A stretch of 63,846 bases of DNA, filler included, from Octopus bimaculoides (GCF_001194135.2; 6 parts of 5 records of this genome joined end to end with filler, not necessarily neighbours in it), one strand, 5' to 3'. Positions 25,735 to 38,980 are shown, numbered from the whole stretch's first letter. Notes: generated by a model not told the origin, from the letters alone. Numbers and translations: made by a program.

Positions 25735-26122
25735 TACTCTTACTCTCTCTCTTTTAGTTGTTTCAGTCATTTGACTGCGGCCATGCTGGAGCACTGCCTT
25801 TAGTCGAGCAAATCGACCCCAGGACTTATTCTTTGTAAGCCTAGTACTTATTCTATCGGTCCCTTTTACCGAACCGCTAAGGTACGGGGACGTAAACATA
25901 CCAGCATCGGTTGTCAAGCGATGTTGGGGGGACAAACACACATATATATATATATATTCGACGGGCTTCTTTCAGTTTCCATCTACCAAATCCACTCACA
26001 AGGCTTTGGTCAGCCTGAGGCTACAGTAAAAGACACTTGCCCAAGCTGCCACGCAGTGGGACTGAATCCAGAACCATGTGGTTGGTAAGCAAGCTACTTA
26101 CCACACAGCCACTCCTGCACCT
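25735..26122 (-). mobile_element. SINE family A, full length, in ISYNA1 intron 2
   Basis: Full reverse-complement match, with partial CpG loss in the head. Confidence 0.88.
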
Positions 26123-26479
26123 AGTTTGCATAGAATTTTTACAGGTATTTTCTACAAGCCACCAAGGGAGTCTATGCAGTTGCTGGATCTGCTAGAAATA
26201 CCAGCCAAGTCTCCCTCAAATCAAACCATACNNNNNNNNNNNNNNNNNNNNNNNNNNNNNNNNNNNNNNNNNNNNNNNNNNNNNNNNNNNNNNNNNNNNN
26301 NNNNNNNNNNNNNNNNNNNNNNNNNNNNNNNNNNNNNNNNNNNNNNNNNNNNNNNNNNNNNNNNNNNNNNNNNNNNNNNNNNNNNNNNNNNNNNNNNNNN
26401 NNNNNNNNNNNNNNNNNNNNNNNNNNNNNNNNNNNNGAAAGGGCATATATAGTTTTAGATGAGTCGTGAAGATTTTTAT

Positions 26480-29400
26480 CTTTTTAACTAATATTATAAA
26501 TACAAGAATTCTCCAAAATTGTTATGCTACTTACTGTATGGTGCATAACTTGCAAAACTTTCCTGGAGATCACCAAATATGATAGACTCTGGAATTTCCT
26601 AATATTACATGTGTCTATTCTAGCCAGTTATAGCAATCACCATAACTGTAAAACTGGAATTTTCCAATATGTCTGTTGACTCTGAAGCTGTCTTTCACTC
26701 TTTGTCTCCATATATGACAGACTCCAGAATTTTCCAGTATTGCTTGTATAATATAATCTTCTGACATTCTTAGTTCTGACCTGCTACAGCACTCTTCCAA
26801 GCTTACCTTTTGTTATCATAACTGATAGACAATAGAATTTTCCAGCATATGTGATGTGTGTTGTGTTGATCTGTTATAACAATCTTTTTGTTATTCTAAG
26901 TAACAAACTCTGGTACTTTTGAGTGAGAACTTTTGTCACCATGAATATTTCTAACTTCATAATATTGCTTCCTAGCTTTTGAGTATTTTCTACTCTTGTC
27001 ACCAAAAGTAACAGGCTCTGGAATTTTCTAATACTACTTATTTGATGTTTGTCAGTTCTGGCCTTCCAAGGAAGTTTTTCAGTTTAACCTTTTGTCTTCA
27101 TAACTGACAGATTCTGAAATTTTCCAATATTATTGATAACTGTTAATTCTAATCTGCCATGACAGTCTTTAAATTTTGTCATTATAACTGACATTCTGGA
27201 ACTTTCTGATGTTCCTTTTATGATGGCTGTCAGTGGAGGAATGCTATAGCAGTTTTCCAATTTGTCACTATAACTGACACTCTGGAATTTTCTGTTATTT
27301 CTTGGGTCTTTTAGATTTTCTTGCTGACCAGTCTTTCAGCATTACTTTTTCTCATCAAAAGTGACAAACTCTGGAATTTTCCAATACTGTTATGTTGGCC
27401 TCCCATAACTGTTTTTATTTTTGTTCAACATTTCTGATAAACTCTGGAATTTTCTAATATAATACATCTGTTAGTTATAATACTTTTTATCTCTATAACT
27501 GGCAGACTCTAAAATTCTCCAATATTAAAGGGTAAAGACCACCCCTTTGGTCATGAATGACCATGGGGATTGCACCTAGGAAGTTACCCTCCAAGGTACA
27601 AGTCCGGACAAGTTTGTTTATGGAAGACCAGCAGTCGCCCATGCATACCAGCCTTCCCTCACCATACCAGCGATGTTATCTATGGGAAAGGCGAAGGTTG
27701 ATATATCTCCTATATTATATATCTGTTAGTTCTGGCCTGTTTTAGCAGTCTTTATATTTTGGTGCTAAAACTCTGGAAAGTTTCAATATAATAAGATGTC
27801 CATTAGCTCTGGAACAATCTTTACACTTTGTCACTATAATTAAGATCCTGGAATTTTTCAGCATTACTTATGTCATATAATTCTGGTCTACAATAGCAGT
27901 CTTCCAAGCTTACATTTTGTCATACACTTGCATTTTGCTAAATGATATATTCGTTCTGGCCTTTGTCACCATATCTGTCAGACTGGAATTTTCCAGCATT
28001 ACTTTGATGATACCTATCTGTTACTTCTCTGTAGCCGAGCAGTCTTTCAACATACCTTTCTGTCATCATATGTGACAGCACTCTGGAATTTTCCAATATT
28101 ATTTGATGTCTTTTATTTTCGTCTGCCATAGCTGCTTTCAGTTTTTGTCACCCTAAGTCTGAAATTTTCTTTTATTACATTTCTCTTAGTTCTGACTTGT
28201 TACAGCAGCCTTTATTTTATGTCACCTGTCACCATAACTTAAAAACTTAGGAATTTTTCAGTTAAAGCAAAACATCTACTAGTGCCAGAGCAGTCTTCAC
28301 CCTTTGTTATCATAAGTAACAGACCCTGGAATTTTCTAGTACTACTTATGTAATGTCTGTTAGTTCTAGCCTACCATAGCAGTCTTTAACTTCTGTCACA
28401 GTATCTGACAGATCCTGGAACTTTCTAGTTGTCCTTTTATAATAGTTGTTTGTTCAGACAGCAGTCTTCCAACATTACGTTTGTCACTGCAGTTGGAATA
28501 TCTTCTAGTATTACTTATGTCTTTTAGTTGTCTAATGTTGGAATACTCAGCAGTATTCCAACATTACCAATTTTCCAATATTACATTATGTTTATTATTT
28601 TTGGCCTGCCATAGCATTCTTTAACTTTGGTCAACTTGACCGACATACTCTAGCGTTTTCCAATAATATAAGATGTCTGTTAGCTTTGGAGCTGTCCTTT
28701 TGTCACTGTAACTGAAGCACTTTGGAATTTTCCTATAATATGTTTCTATTAGTTCTGGTCTGTTATAGCAGTCTTCCAGTATTATCTTTTGTCATCACAA
28801 ATGAAATGTTTTGGAAAGTTTTCATAACTTCGGAATTTTGTAATATCATAAGATGCCTGTTAGCTCTGGAACTTGTTTTTATCCTTTGGTACTATAACCA
28901 GCAGACTGGAATATTCCAGTATTATTCACATGATGTCTGATAATTCTTGTTTGCTCGAGTAGTCTTTAATTTTGTTACTAACTGAGAAACACTGGAATTT
29001 TCCAGTATTTCTTATATATGATAAGTTAGACCTGCTATAGCAGTCTTTCAGCCCACCTTTTGTCACAGAACTGGTAGATTCTGGAACTTTCCTGTATTAT
29101 ATTTCTGTTCTGACCTTTTATAGCAGTCATACCTTTTGTCACCGTAACTAACAGACTCTAGAATTTTCCAACATTATATAGCTGCTCTGACTTGCTATAG
29201 CAGTCTTCTATTATTATCCTTGGTTTCCGTAAATGACACACTGTGTTTTCCAATATTATATTTTTATTAGTTCTTCATCTTTTGTTAAAGCAGTTGCTGA
29301 CTTTTGACACCAAAAATGACTTTAGAATCTTCCAATTTATAATATTCTTCTTACCTCTGGATCTATTTTTGCTCTTTGTCATAACTGACAGATTCTAGAA

Positions 29401-31330
29401 TGTTCCAGAGTTATATATTGTTTCTTAGTTCTGCCCTACAATCTTCCAAAATTACCTTTGTCACAAACTTCCATTAATATATTGCTGTTAGTTCTAGCCT
29501 GTTAAAGTAGTCTGTTAATATTACCTTTTGTCACCATAAATGACACACTCTGGAACATTCCAATATTATATTTCTGTTCTGGCAGTTTTTAATTTTTTGT
29601 TATAGCAGTCTAGCTTTTGGCAAAAAACTGTCAAATGTCTATTAGCTCACATAATGCCTGATAATTCTTGTGTGCTATAGACTTTGGAATTTTTCAGTAT
29701 TTCTTATTTGATAATTCTGGCCTGCTGCAGCAGTCTTCCAGACTACTTTTTGTCACAGAATTAACAGGTGCTTGAATTCTCCAATATGATATTTCTGTTA
29801 TTTCTAACCTGTTATAGCAGTCTTAGCTTTTTGTTACTACAAATAACAGACTCTGGAATTTTTCAGCATTTTATGTCTGTTTTGACCTGTTATAGCAGTT
29901 GTCCAGTATTGCCTTTTGTCATTATAAATGACACATTAAGGAATTTTTCCAATATTATATTTTTATTAGTTCTTCATTTTTTGTTATAGCAGCCTTTGGC
30001 TTTCAGTACCAAAAATGACACTCTGGAATTTTCCAGTATTGTAATAGTTTTCTTAGCTCTGGATCTGTTTTTACTCTTTGTCATAACTGACAGATTCTAG
30101 AATGTTCCAGTATTATATATTTTGTCTCTTGGTTCTGCCAAATAATCTTCCAAAATTACCTTAATCACAATAACTGACATACTCTGGAATTTTCCAATAA
30201 TACATTTCTCTTGGTTCTAGCCTGTTACTGCAGTCTTTTATTACTTTTCGTCACCATGCTGCAGCAATCTTTAACTTTTGGCACCAAAACTGACAAACTC
30301 AGGAATTTTCCAACATTATAAGATGCCTGTTAGCTTTGGAGCTTGCTTTTACCCTTCAACACTATAACTAACAGACTGTGAAATATTCCAGTGTTACTTA
30401 ATGATGTCTGATAATTCTTGTATGATAATTCTTTTTTTTACCAACACTGAGAAACTCTGGAATTTTCCAGTATTTCATAAATGATGTCTGGTGGTTTTAG
30501 CCTATGATAGTAGTTTTCTGTCACAGAAAACCTTTTGTCACAGAAGTAACAGATTCTTGAATTCTCCAATATTATATTTCTGTTAGTTCTAGCTTGTTAT
30601 AACAGTCTATGCCTTATGTCACTGTAACTGAGTGACATCTATTGCTTAGATGATGTCTGTCACTGTTCCCTGCTATAGCTGTCTATCAATATAACACTCT
30701 AGAAGTGTCCAATATTATATTATGCCTATTATTTTTGTCTGCTTTAGCAGTCTTTACTTTTTGTCATAAAAAGTGACAGTCTGGAATTTTCTTGTGTTAT
30801 TTAAATGGTGACAGATTCTGGAGTATTTCATGTAGAGCAGAGTATACATGTTGTTCCCAGACTTTGAATTTTTTTTATGTATTTCTTATATTATGTCTGC
30901 TATTTCTGGCTTCCTGTAGCAGTCTTTATCTTCTGTCATTATTACATTTTGTTCTATAATTGACAGACTATGGAATCTGGCGAAGTTACTAATTATAATG
31001 TCTGCTAGTTTGACCTGCTGTAGCAGTTCTTCTGCCTTACATCACCATAACTAACACTGGAATTTTCCAATGTCACTTGTGATGTCTGTCAGTTTTCATT
31101 GCTATAACAGTCATGCCAACCAGCATCTTTAGTCACCTTATCTGTGACTCTGGAATTTTTCATTGTTATATGATGTCAGTTTATCTTGGTCTGCTATATT
31201 TTTGTCTGTATAATTGACAGACTCTGGAATTTTTCAGTATTATTTACATGATGTCTGTTAGCCCTGTCTTGCCATAGTAGTCTTCAGGATTACCTTTTAG
31301 TCACCATTACTGAGATTCTGGAATATTCTG
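26480..31330. repeat. Diverged intronic tandem array A, about 85-95 bp unit, roughly 50 copies
   Basis: Recurring unit ~ACTGACAGACTCTGGAATTTTCCAATATTAT..GATGTCTGTTAGTTCTGGCCTGCTATAGCAGTCTT..CTTTTGTCACCATA, many indels, no long ORF on either strand. Confidence 0.9.
27528..27703 (-). mobile_element. 5'-truncated SINE family D inserted in array A, with target-site duplication
   Basis: Homologous to 35631-35810; flanked by TCTCCAATATTA (27516-27527) and TCTCCTATATTA (27706-27717). Confidence 0.8.
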
Positions 31331-31599
31331 TGCTTCATAGAAAATTTCTGAAAATTGTGGATGATAATCTGCTACAATTTTCCAGCAGTATACATCTGAG
31401 TTTTATAACTGTTTAAAAGGTACTTCCTCTAAATTTTAAAACATTGCTTCAATATTGATTATTAGCATTTACTCTATATCCAACATTGATAAATGGTCAA
31501 CAACATAAAAGAACTAGTAAAGAATTTCCTTATATATAGAATGCTTCTTGGCTTGCTACATTGACCAGCATCAGGTAGATTCTCATTTATGCATTCTTA

Positions 31600-33090
31600 A
31601 TAACCACTTTAGAAATTTTCCCTCAGTTTCGTGTTATAAGAAAGTGTATTAAATAAAGCTTTGGTATGTGAAATGAAAATCAAGGTTTAGCTTACTTAAT
31701 AAATTCTATTTGAATTTTCTAATTATTCTATATGACATCTAGGATATGAACTAGAGTTTTACTTAAAATAATGCATTTTCATAAATTAAATTTTCCACCA
31801 ATTCAATGCAGCTTATGAAATATACAGGGTTTTGTATATCTCATAAGTTTTATCTTTATCAGATTACTTTAGAATTTTTTAATTGTTCTATGCAATTTGC
31901 AAAATATGAAATAGGGGTTTTGCTGATCAGAATGTATTCTAAATTTTCCATCTATTAAATACTGCATAACTTTAGAAGATCTGTATGGAATTTTCCAATT
32001 GTTTTGTGTGACATTAACATATGAAGATAAGGCTTTAATAGCATAATTTATTCTTCTGGAGTTTTCTATCAGTTCAAGGCTGCTTATTAGACAATGGTTT
32101 GATTACCTCAACTTCAGCTGCTGGTTCTGGAATTTTCCAGTTAATCTATATGATATGCAGTGTATGAAATAAGGTTTTGCTTACCACAATACATTCTAAA
32201 ATTTTGTATTAATTTATTGAGATATAAGCTTCTATTACTTCAGCAAATTCTTCTAGAATGTTCCAGTTTTTCTGCATGCCATTTAGAGTATGAAATTTTG
32301 CTTACCATAAATACATTATTTTAGAATGGAATTTTCCATCAATTCAGTGCTACTTAAGAGATATAAAGGATTTGTCTAGTTTAGCTTTAGCAGATTCTGG
32401 AATTTTCCAATGAAATAGATATGTCTTTCTTCAATATATTCTAATGTAATTTTCCATCAATCCATCAATTCTTTACTGCTTATGAAAGGTTTTGTTTGTT
32501 TTAGCAAGTTCTTGTGGAATTTTCCAATTGTTCTATATGGCTCACAAAATATGAAATATGTTTTTCCTTTTAACATATTCTGGAATTTTCCATCAATTCA
32601 ATACAGCTGATATAAAATTCAAGCTTTTTATTATTTTAGCTTCTACAAATTTGAATTTTCCAATTGTTTTATGTCATACAATGTATGAAAATAGTATTTT
32701 ACTTCAACACCCTTTTCTAGAATTTTCTACCAATTCAATGCAGCTTTTGAGATTATCAGAATTTTTCATTACTTTAGCTTCTGGGATTTTCCAATTATTC
32801 TCTATGATATTTAGAATATGAAATAGTTTTGCTTACCATATATAATGCATTGTTCTAGAATTCCTATCAATTCAGTGCAGCTTATGAGATATAAAAGACT
32901 TTTGCTTATTTTAACAGGTTTTCTAGAGTTTTCCAATTGGTTTATGTGATATGCAGGATGTGAAGTAGTTTTGCTTTTCATTCTTCTAGAATTCTTTTCA
33001 TTTCAATTTCGTCTCAAGAATTTATTTTATTCTAACAAAAAAAAAAAGGCTTGTAGGTTGAAGGTTTTTCATCATTCTTATGCAATTTTA
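31600..33090. repeat. Diverged intronic tandem array B, about 65-70 bp monomers alternating as a ~135-140 bp dimer
   Basis: Alternating units GGAATTTTCCAATTGTTCTATATG..ATGAAATAAGGTTTTGCTTAC and AGAATTTTCCATCAATTCAATGCAGCTTATGAGATATAA; shares only the GAATTTTCC core with array A. Confidence 0.8.
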
Positions 33091-34062
33091 GAGTTGTTTT
33101 ATGGTGTATCTATATACCTAAATAGTTCTCAAATTGGTCTCTTGTTTGTGAAGATATAGAATCTTAATCTATGCTATATAATGCTGAATGTATTTTTAGG
33201 CACTTTGATCTTCAATAGCAGTACTTGTCTCTCAGTCCATCTATTGTAAATTTATTGAACTGTCTTACTTACAATTAATCTTTTTTGATTAATTTTGATT
33301 GCCCCATTTCCCCATTATATAACAAACTCAATCTCCTTTAACTCTGACAAACAAACGAACTTGAATTTATGTACAATTTCCCTCCCTTTTACCCCTTTCA
33401 TGTTTTCCCCCTATTCAAATAAGGCTCTAACTAGAAGTTATGTTAAGAGATTTGAGGTTCAGGTAAGTGTGCAGTTAGGTATTGTATTTTCTCTCCTGTA
33501 TGTATCAAGTCTCTCATTAGACTTCAGAATAGAGCACTCATGAAAGAGGCAGATGAAATTGCAAAGACTAAGGAATTTCTGTTTTTGAGAGATGACCTGA
33601 AAGAAATTAAATTGGTAAAAATAAAAATAGAAATTGAAAATATTTCTGGTATGATGTTGGTGCATGAAAGTGAATGACTTTGTTTGAAGAATGAAATAAA
33701 TGTGAATCAGAGAGAGATATAGAGAATTTATGCATGAATAACATGGATGTTAAACAGAAATAGTTGAAGTGAACTAAAGAAATCTAGATTGGGATAGGCC
33801 AATGAAATCATTACAGTTTAGGGAAGAAGAAAAGAAGGAAAAAAAAAAAACAATTGAAGAAAAGAAATCTTGCAAGCCATTTAGAATGTAATTCTGTCAG
33901 TGTTTAATTTTCTGACTTCTACAGTCCAAAATGCTTTATTAATTCAAATGAGCTATATTAGAATCAAATCTACTCAAGATATGTTGTTAGAATATCTCAC
34001 AAACATAATTTAACAGGTTGCTTATTGGTTGATGATTCCAAATAATTTTTCTAATCAATGAA

Positions 34063-34883
34063 ACATTTTCTCTGAAACTAGCTTGAGAGATTTTTTTATA
34101 TCTTGGATTTTTTCCATAGTGATAGTTAAGTTTTTGTTGAAAAACAAAACTGGGATTGGATTTATACTGGATTGTTTTAAAATAAGTAGAATGGTAGAAT
34201 CATTAGTGTTTGGCAAAATACCTTTTGATATTTAGTTCTTAGTGATGCTTGTGCTTTAAAGACAGATGAAAGTATAAACCCTAGTGCCTATTATGAGGTT
34301 ATTTCTACCCTTTGTATTATTATTAACTTTGACTGGCTTGAAGAAGGAATAATGCTACACAGATCCTCTAATTAATGGAATATCTGGGATGTTGTCTGTC
34401 ATCCTATGTAACACAAAGCCGATATAAGAAAATTTAACTACATCAGTTCTTCTCAAAGTGAGTCGTACTACATCATAGTGGAGGGGGCAGTGCAAAATTT
34501 TATTTGGATATTAGGAACAAAGGGGGAAGTAGGGATGAGAGGGAACAATAGATAAACCTGTATCGTCTTTTTAGTTTTTGACTCTTATCTAAAAAAAAAC
34601 ATTAATTGTAATATTATGATAAACCTGCTTGTTAGACACAATCACAACAACCTCATCAACAATAATAAACTTAAATGTGTATATGTAAATAAGCAAAGCT
34701 GTATATATATATATATATATATATATAACATTTTCTCTGAAAATAGCTTTAGAGATTTTTTTTTATCTTGGATTTTTTACATAAGTAATAGTTAAGTTTT
34801 TGTTGAAAAACAGAACTGGGAATAGGATGGGCCTTATTCTGGATTGTCCTAAAATCAATAGAATGGTAGAATCATTAGTGCTT
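34063..34883 (+). repeat. Local direct duplication of about 150 bp (34063-34210 and 34728-34883)
   Basis: Both copies read ACATTTTCTCTGAAA.TAGCTT.AGAGATTTTTTT..ATCTTGGATTTT...GTTAAGTTTTTGTTGAAAAACA.AACTGGGA...TAGAATGGTAGAATCATTAGTG. Confidence 0.85.
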
Positions 34884-35580
34884 ATAGTTTTTGCTTTATA
34901 GTAGGATGGTGCTATATGTGGTGAGTAGCCACATATGTCAAACTAGTACTGAGAACTAAATTACTCTGGTCTGATATTACAAATATGTACATCAAAAATG
35001 GTGGTGGTGAAAGGCATTGATAATGTGTTAATAAAGGATAGGGGTGATAATTTTAAAAACAAGGTTTAAGAGGCGCTGAATATTAATAATAATACAGCTG
35101 AAACAATGTAAAGCTATGAATGAAACATTGAGTGTAAAAAATCTAATTTGAGACTGGTGGCGGTGAGTAAATGCTGACTTCAATTTGTGATATCAGTACG
35201 TGGAAAGGTTGGAAATTTTTCATATGTACAGTGATAAGTAACTTGTAAGGATTGTATGTGAATTTTTAAAAGGAAAAAGTTGTTTGATTCTGGGTTTGGG
35301 TTGGACCAAAATTTTATCAATACCAAGACATTGTGGTGATTGAATAATATCTGTGATTTATGAATCCTTAAGAATGAATAAAAGTGATTTAATGAAGAAT
35401 GTTGGATTTTGTGAAATCTTTAATACATTCCAAAGTTACATGACTACTTTTAATCATTGTCTTTTCAGCTGTCCAGTAGATTGAATATTGCAAATTTTTT
35501 CCTGAAAAAACTTAGTAAATATAAGTTGAAGGTTGAATGAAAATTTAAATTGTTGTAGTAGTTGTAATTCACTGTTCTTC

Positions 35581-35626
<46 letters not shown>

Positions 35627-35630
35627 TTTT

Positions 35631-35980
35631 AAGGGTAAAGACCCCCCTCCCCATTTAGTCATGAATGACCATGTGATTGCACCTAGAAAGTTACCCTCCA
35701 AGGCACAAGTCCGGGCAAAGTTGTTTATGGAAGACCAGCAGTTGCCCCTGCATATCAGCCTCCCCTCTCCATGCCACCAATATTATCCAAAGGAAGGGCA
35801 AAGGTTGATACAGCTTGGCATCAGTGATGTTGCAACTCATTTCTACAGCTTAGTGAACTGGAGCAACATGAAGTAAAGTGTCTTATTCAAGAACACAACA
35901 TACAGCCTGGTCTGGGAATCAAGCTCACTACCTCATGATTGTGAACCTGATGCTCTAACTACTGAGCCATGTGCCTTCAC
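35631..35980 (-). mobile_element. tRNA-derived SINE family D, full length
   Basis: Minus-strand head GTGAAGGCACATGGCTCAGTAGTTAG...GATTCCCAGACC, central GTTGTGTTCTTGAATAAGACACTTTAC domain, tail GGTCTTTACCCTT followed by poly(A). Confidence 0.8.
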
Positions 35981-36801
35981 AAACACATACACACCCACAT
36001 ATACATATATAAAAAAATATTTGTGTTAGTGTTTACATAGGTTTTATATATTATGTAGTGAGGGTTATAATCCAAACTGTGACCTCTTGAAGCATATCTG
36101 CTTATTCCAGTGCTCCAGAATTGTATATAGATGTTATATTTGTGTGAGGTATGCATAAGAGTTGAAAAATACTGGGAAATATCTTCTTGCAGAGTTATTA
36201 CTTATCAAAACAGGAGATTGAAAAAATTTATAATACCAAAAATGTTTCCAGTTTTCTGTTATGATACATTTTAGATATATATTTATATATATGTGTTTGT
36301 GTGTACACCAACAAATGTATGTGTTCTTATATATATGTGTGAGTGCGTGTGTACGCAAACAAATGTATGTGTGTGCCTATTTATATATGTATGATGTATC
36401 TATACACACGTGTATAATTGTGTGTATGTGTATATGGGATATTATTATTTGTTGAAAGCTAAGTCTGCATGAGTTGCTACTCAGGGTTTCACATTCTTGT
36501 TCTTGAAGAGTTGTCAAATGTCAGGAATGAGGAACTCCACATAGCAACTCTTGTAGACTCAGTTTTTAAATAAGTTATTCCACTCTGCAAGTGCATCCAT
36601 TTTAGCATACACCTCAGAGGAGTTGAGTCAGTTCCGACTAGTGGGAATATGGTTTTCATAGGAAGGCTGTACAAAAAGTATTGAAAGTACTGAGTGAATA
36701 TCTTTTTGGGGGGGTCAATTGCAATTCACCCAAGTGTGAACACAATCATCTATATTATATATGCATACCTACAGTACACACATATTATGTGTGTGTGGTG
36801 T

Positions 36802-36874
<73 letters not shown>

Positions 36875-36875
<1 letters not shown>

Positions 36876-37083
36876 GGCAGCAAGCTGGCAGAATCATTGG
36901 CACGCTGGATGAAATGCTTAGTGGTATTTCATCCATCTTCATGTTCTGAGTTCAAATTCTGCCAAGGTCAACTTCGTCTTTCATCCTTTTGGGATTGTTA
37001 ATATAAGTACCAGTTGTGTACTGGGGGTCAGTATAATTGACTATTCCTCTCCCCTAGGTCTTGTTCCTATAGTAGAAAAGATA
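36875..37083 (+). mobile_element. SINE family C, CpG-decayed
   Basis: CTGGCAGAATC..GAAATGCTTAG..CTGAGTTCAAATTC..TTTCATCCTTT..AAGTACCAGT..CCTATAGTAGAAA; homologous to 60719-61175. Confidence 0.8.
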
Positions 37084-37681
37084 TATATCTAAAATATGTA
37101 AATATAAAATATGTATATATAAAATAAGTATATTAGGTAGAATGGGTAATGTATAAATCCTTCCATCTATAGGATAGAAGGAACTATTACATTTCAGTAT
37201 ACTTTAAAATAATATAATACCCAAAAGTATGCAATAATGTTTTGTGTATGAAAAGTGTCTTTTGTATATAGTCAGGTCATTTTTGTTGATGTCAAACAGT
37301 AAACTTGGTTAAAAGTTCAGTTCCTGTCACAATAAGTTTTGAATTATGACAAGTTTGTTCTCGTTTGGTATTTTTATATTTATATTGGGTTGAATTTTGT
37401 TTTATTGCAAAAAAAAGCAAGATGTTAGCATAGTATTGTTTAAGATTGACATACATATCCTTGAGAATTTGATTTGGTAGCTTTCTTTTTAAAACTAATT
37501 CGAGACTCAACTTGTTTGTTATCCTGTTGAGAAAGCAGCTGTGTATGTTTAGAAAGCAGGTTGTATCAGAGGATAGTTCTTCTCTATACGGAGAAGAGTT
37601 TGTTGGGAAATAATTATGCTATACATATTCTGTTGTTTTGGGCAGTGGCAAAAATATCTTCTGTATGTGTGTGTGTGTGTG

Positions 37682-37744
<63 letters not shown>

Positions 37745-38980
37745 GTACGTACGTACGTACCTATATATGTTTGTATGTACAAACAAAATGTACTAGCTTC
37801 ACCGAAATATATTTATACACACACACACACAGTAAAAAAGAATTTTGTTAAAGTGATTATCTCCACATGGTGAGTTGTAATGAAAAAATATATAATAACA
37901 GAAGGAAAATGCACACAGTTTACATAGTTTTAATATATTTTAAAGGGCAGAGTATTGCGATAGTCGACTAGTTTTGCATTTTGCTAACATTGAAATTATT
38001 GCAATTTTGTATTTTCTTAAGACGTTTTTAGTCCATGTTCTTGTAAATGAATCGGCATGTAGAAAAATCTAAGTGGGGGTATATATGAGTGAGTGAGTGC
38101 ACAAATGAAGAAAAGAGGCACTTGGCACATTTGGTAGGAGTTATGTATATTTTTAATAAGTTTCATTCAGCAGTGGATGACTTAAAGTTTGTTGGCTTGT
38201 AGGATAGATTAATCTCATATCTGATGAGATGGGTTTCTCCTACGATCCAATGCAACTTGGAGCTGAGTCAACCTCTCATTAAAATATATACGTATACTTT
38301 ATAACTTTTATGTAACTATACATGCATATATAATTATGTAAAAGTTGAATTAGAAAATTAGAAACATTATCCGATATAGAAAACAATGTGTTGGATATAG
38401 TGGGTAGATAGAAGCTGACAGTTTACCCAATTTTGCCCTTGGTGACACTTGAAGTAGTCTGTCAAATTTTGATATACCATTAAAAAATATATATACCCTT
38501 AAAGTATATTCTGTTTTGCTATAAAGCAATGAAATTACTTTGACAGAAAAAGTCAAATTTAAGACATATATTATCATTTTTGAAACACTTGAGGTTGACA
38601 TCTAGCAGCTATTGGCTGTTCCCAAGAGTCAGATAATTGCACAAGCTGATATTTAGTGAATTACATACGCTGAAAATAATCCATCCTCAGGTGGTATTGA
38701 TGTAATTTTTCTAACATTGAAAGCTGAATTTTCATTTTTGTTCACAACTAACATATACTGGAGTTGTTTGTTCAAAATAACTATGTATTTATACAAGTGA
38801 ATTTGTTCATATAATTTAACTCTTCTTTTATTTCAGTTTATCATAATTTAATAATTTCCGTTATCATTGTAAATAACTATTACTTTATTGAGTTGTGAGA
38901 TATAGAGCAATTCACATGGCTACACATTTTTTTTTCTTTTTAGCCAAGTAGGAAGTGTTCAAGAGTAAAAAAAAAATATG

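Noticed and set aside
26480-31330. Array A as a decayed C2H2 zinc-finger cluster (unit near 84 bp; octopus has large ZNF expansions)
   Set aside because: Neither strand shows C-x2-C / H-x3-H spacing or TGEKPY linkers; unit lengths vary by non-multiples of three.
26480-33090. Arrays as a CRISPR-like repeat-spacer system
   Set aside because: The sequence between cores is homologous from unit to unit rather than unique spacers; the context is a eukaryotic intron with no cas genes.
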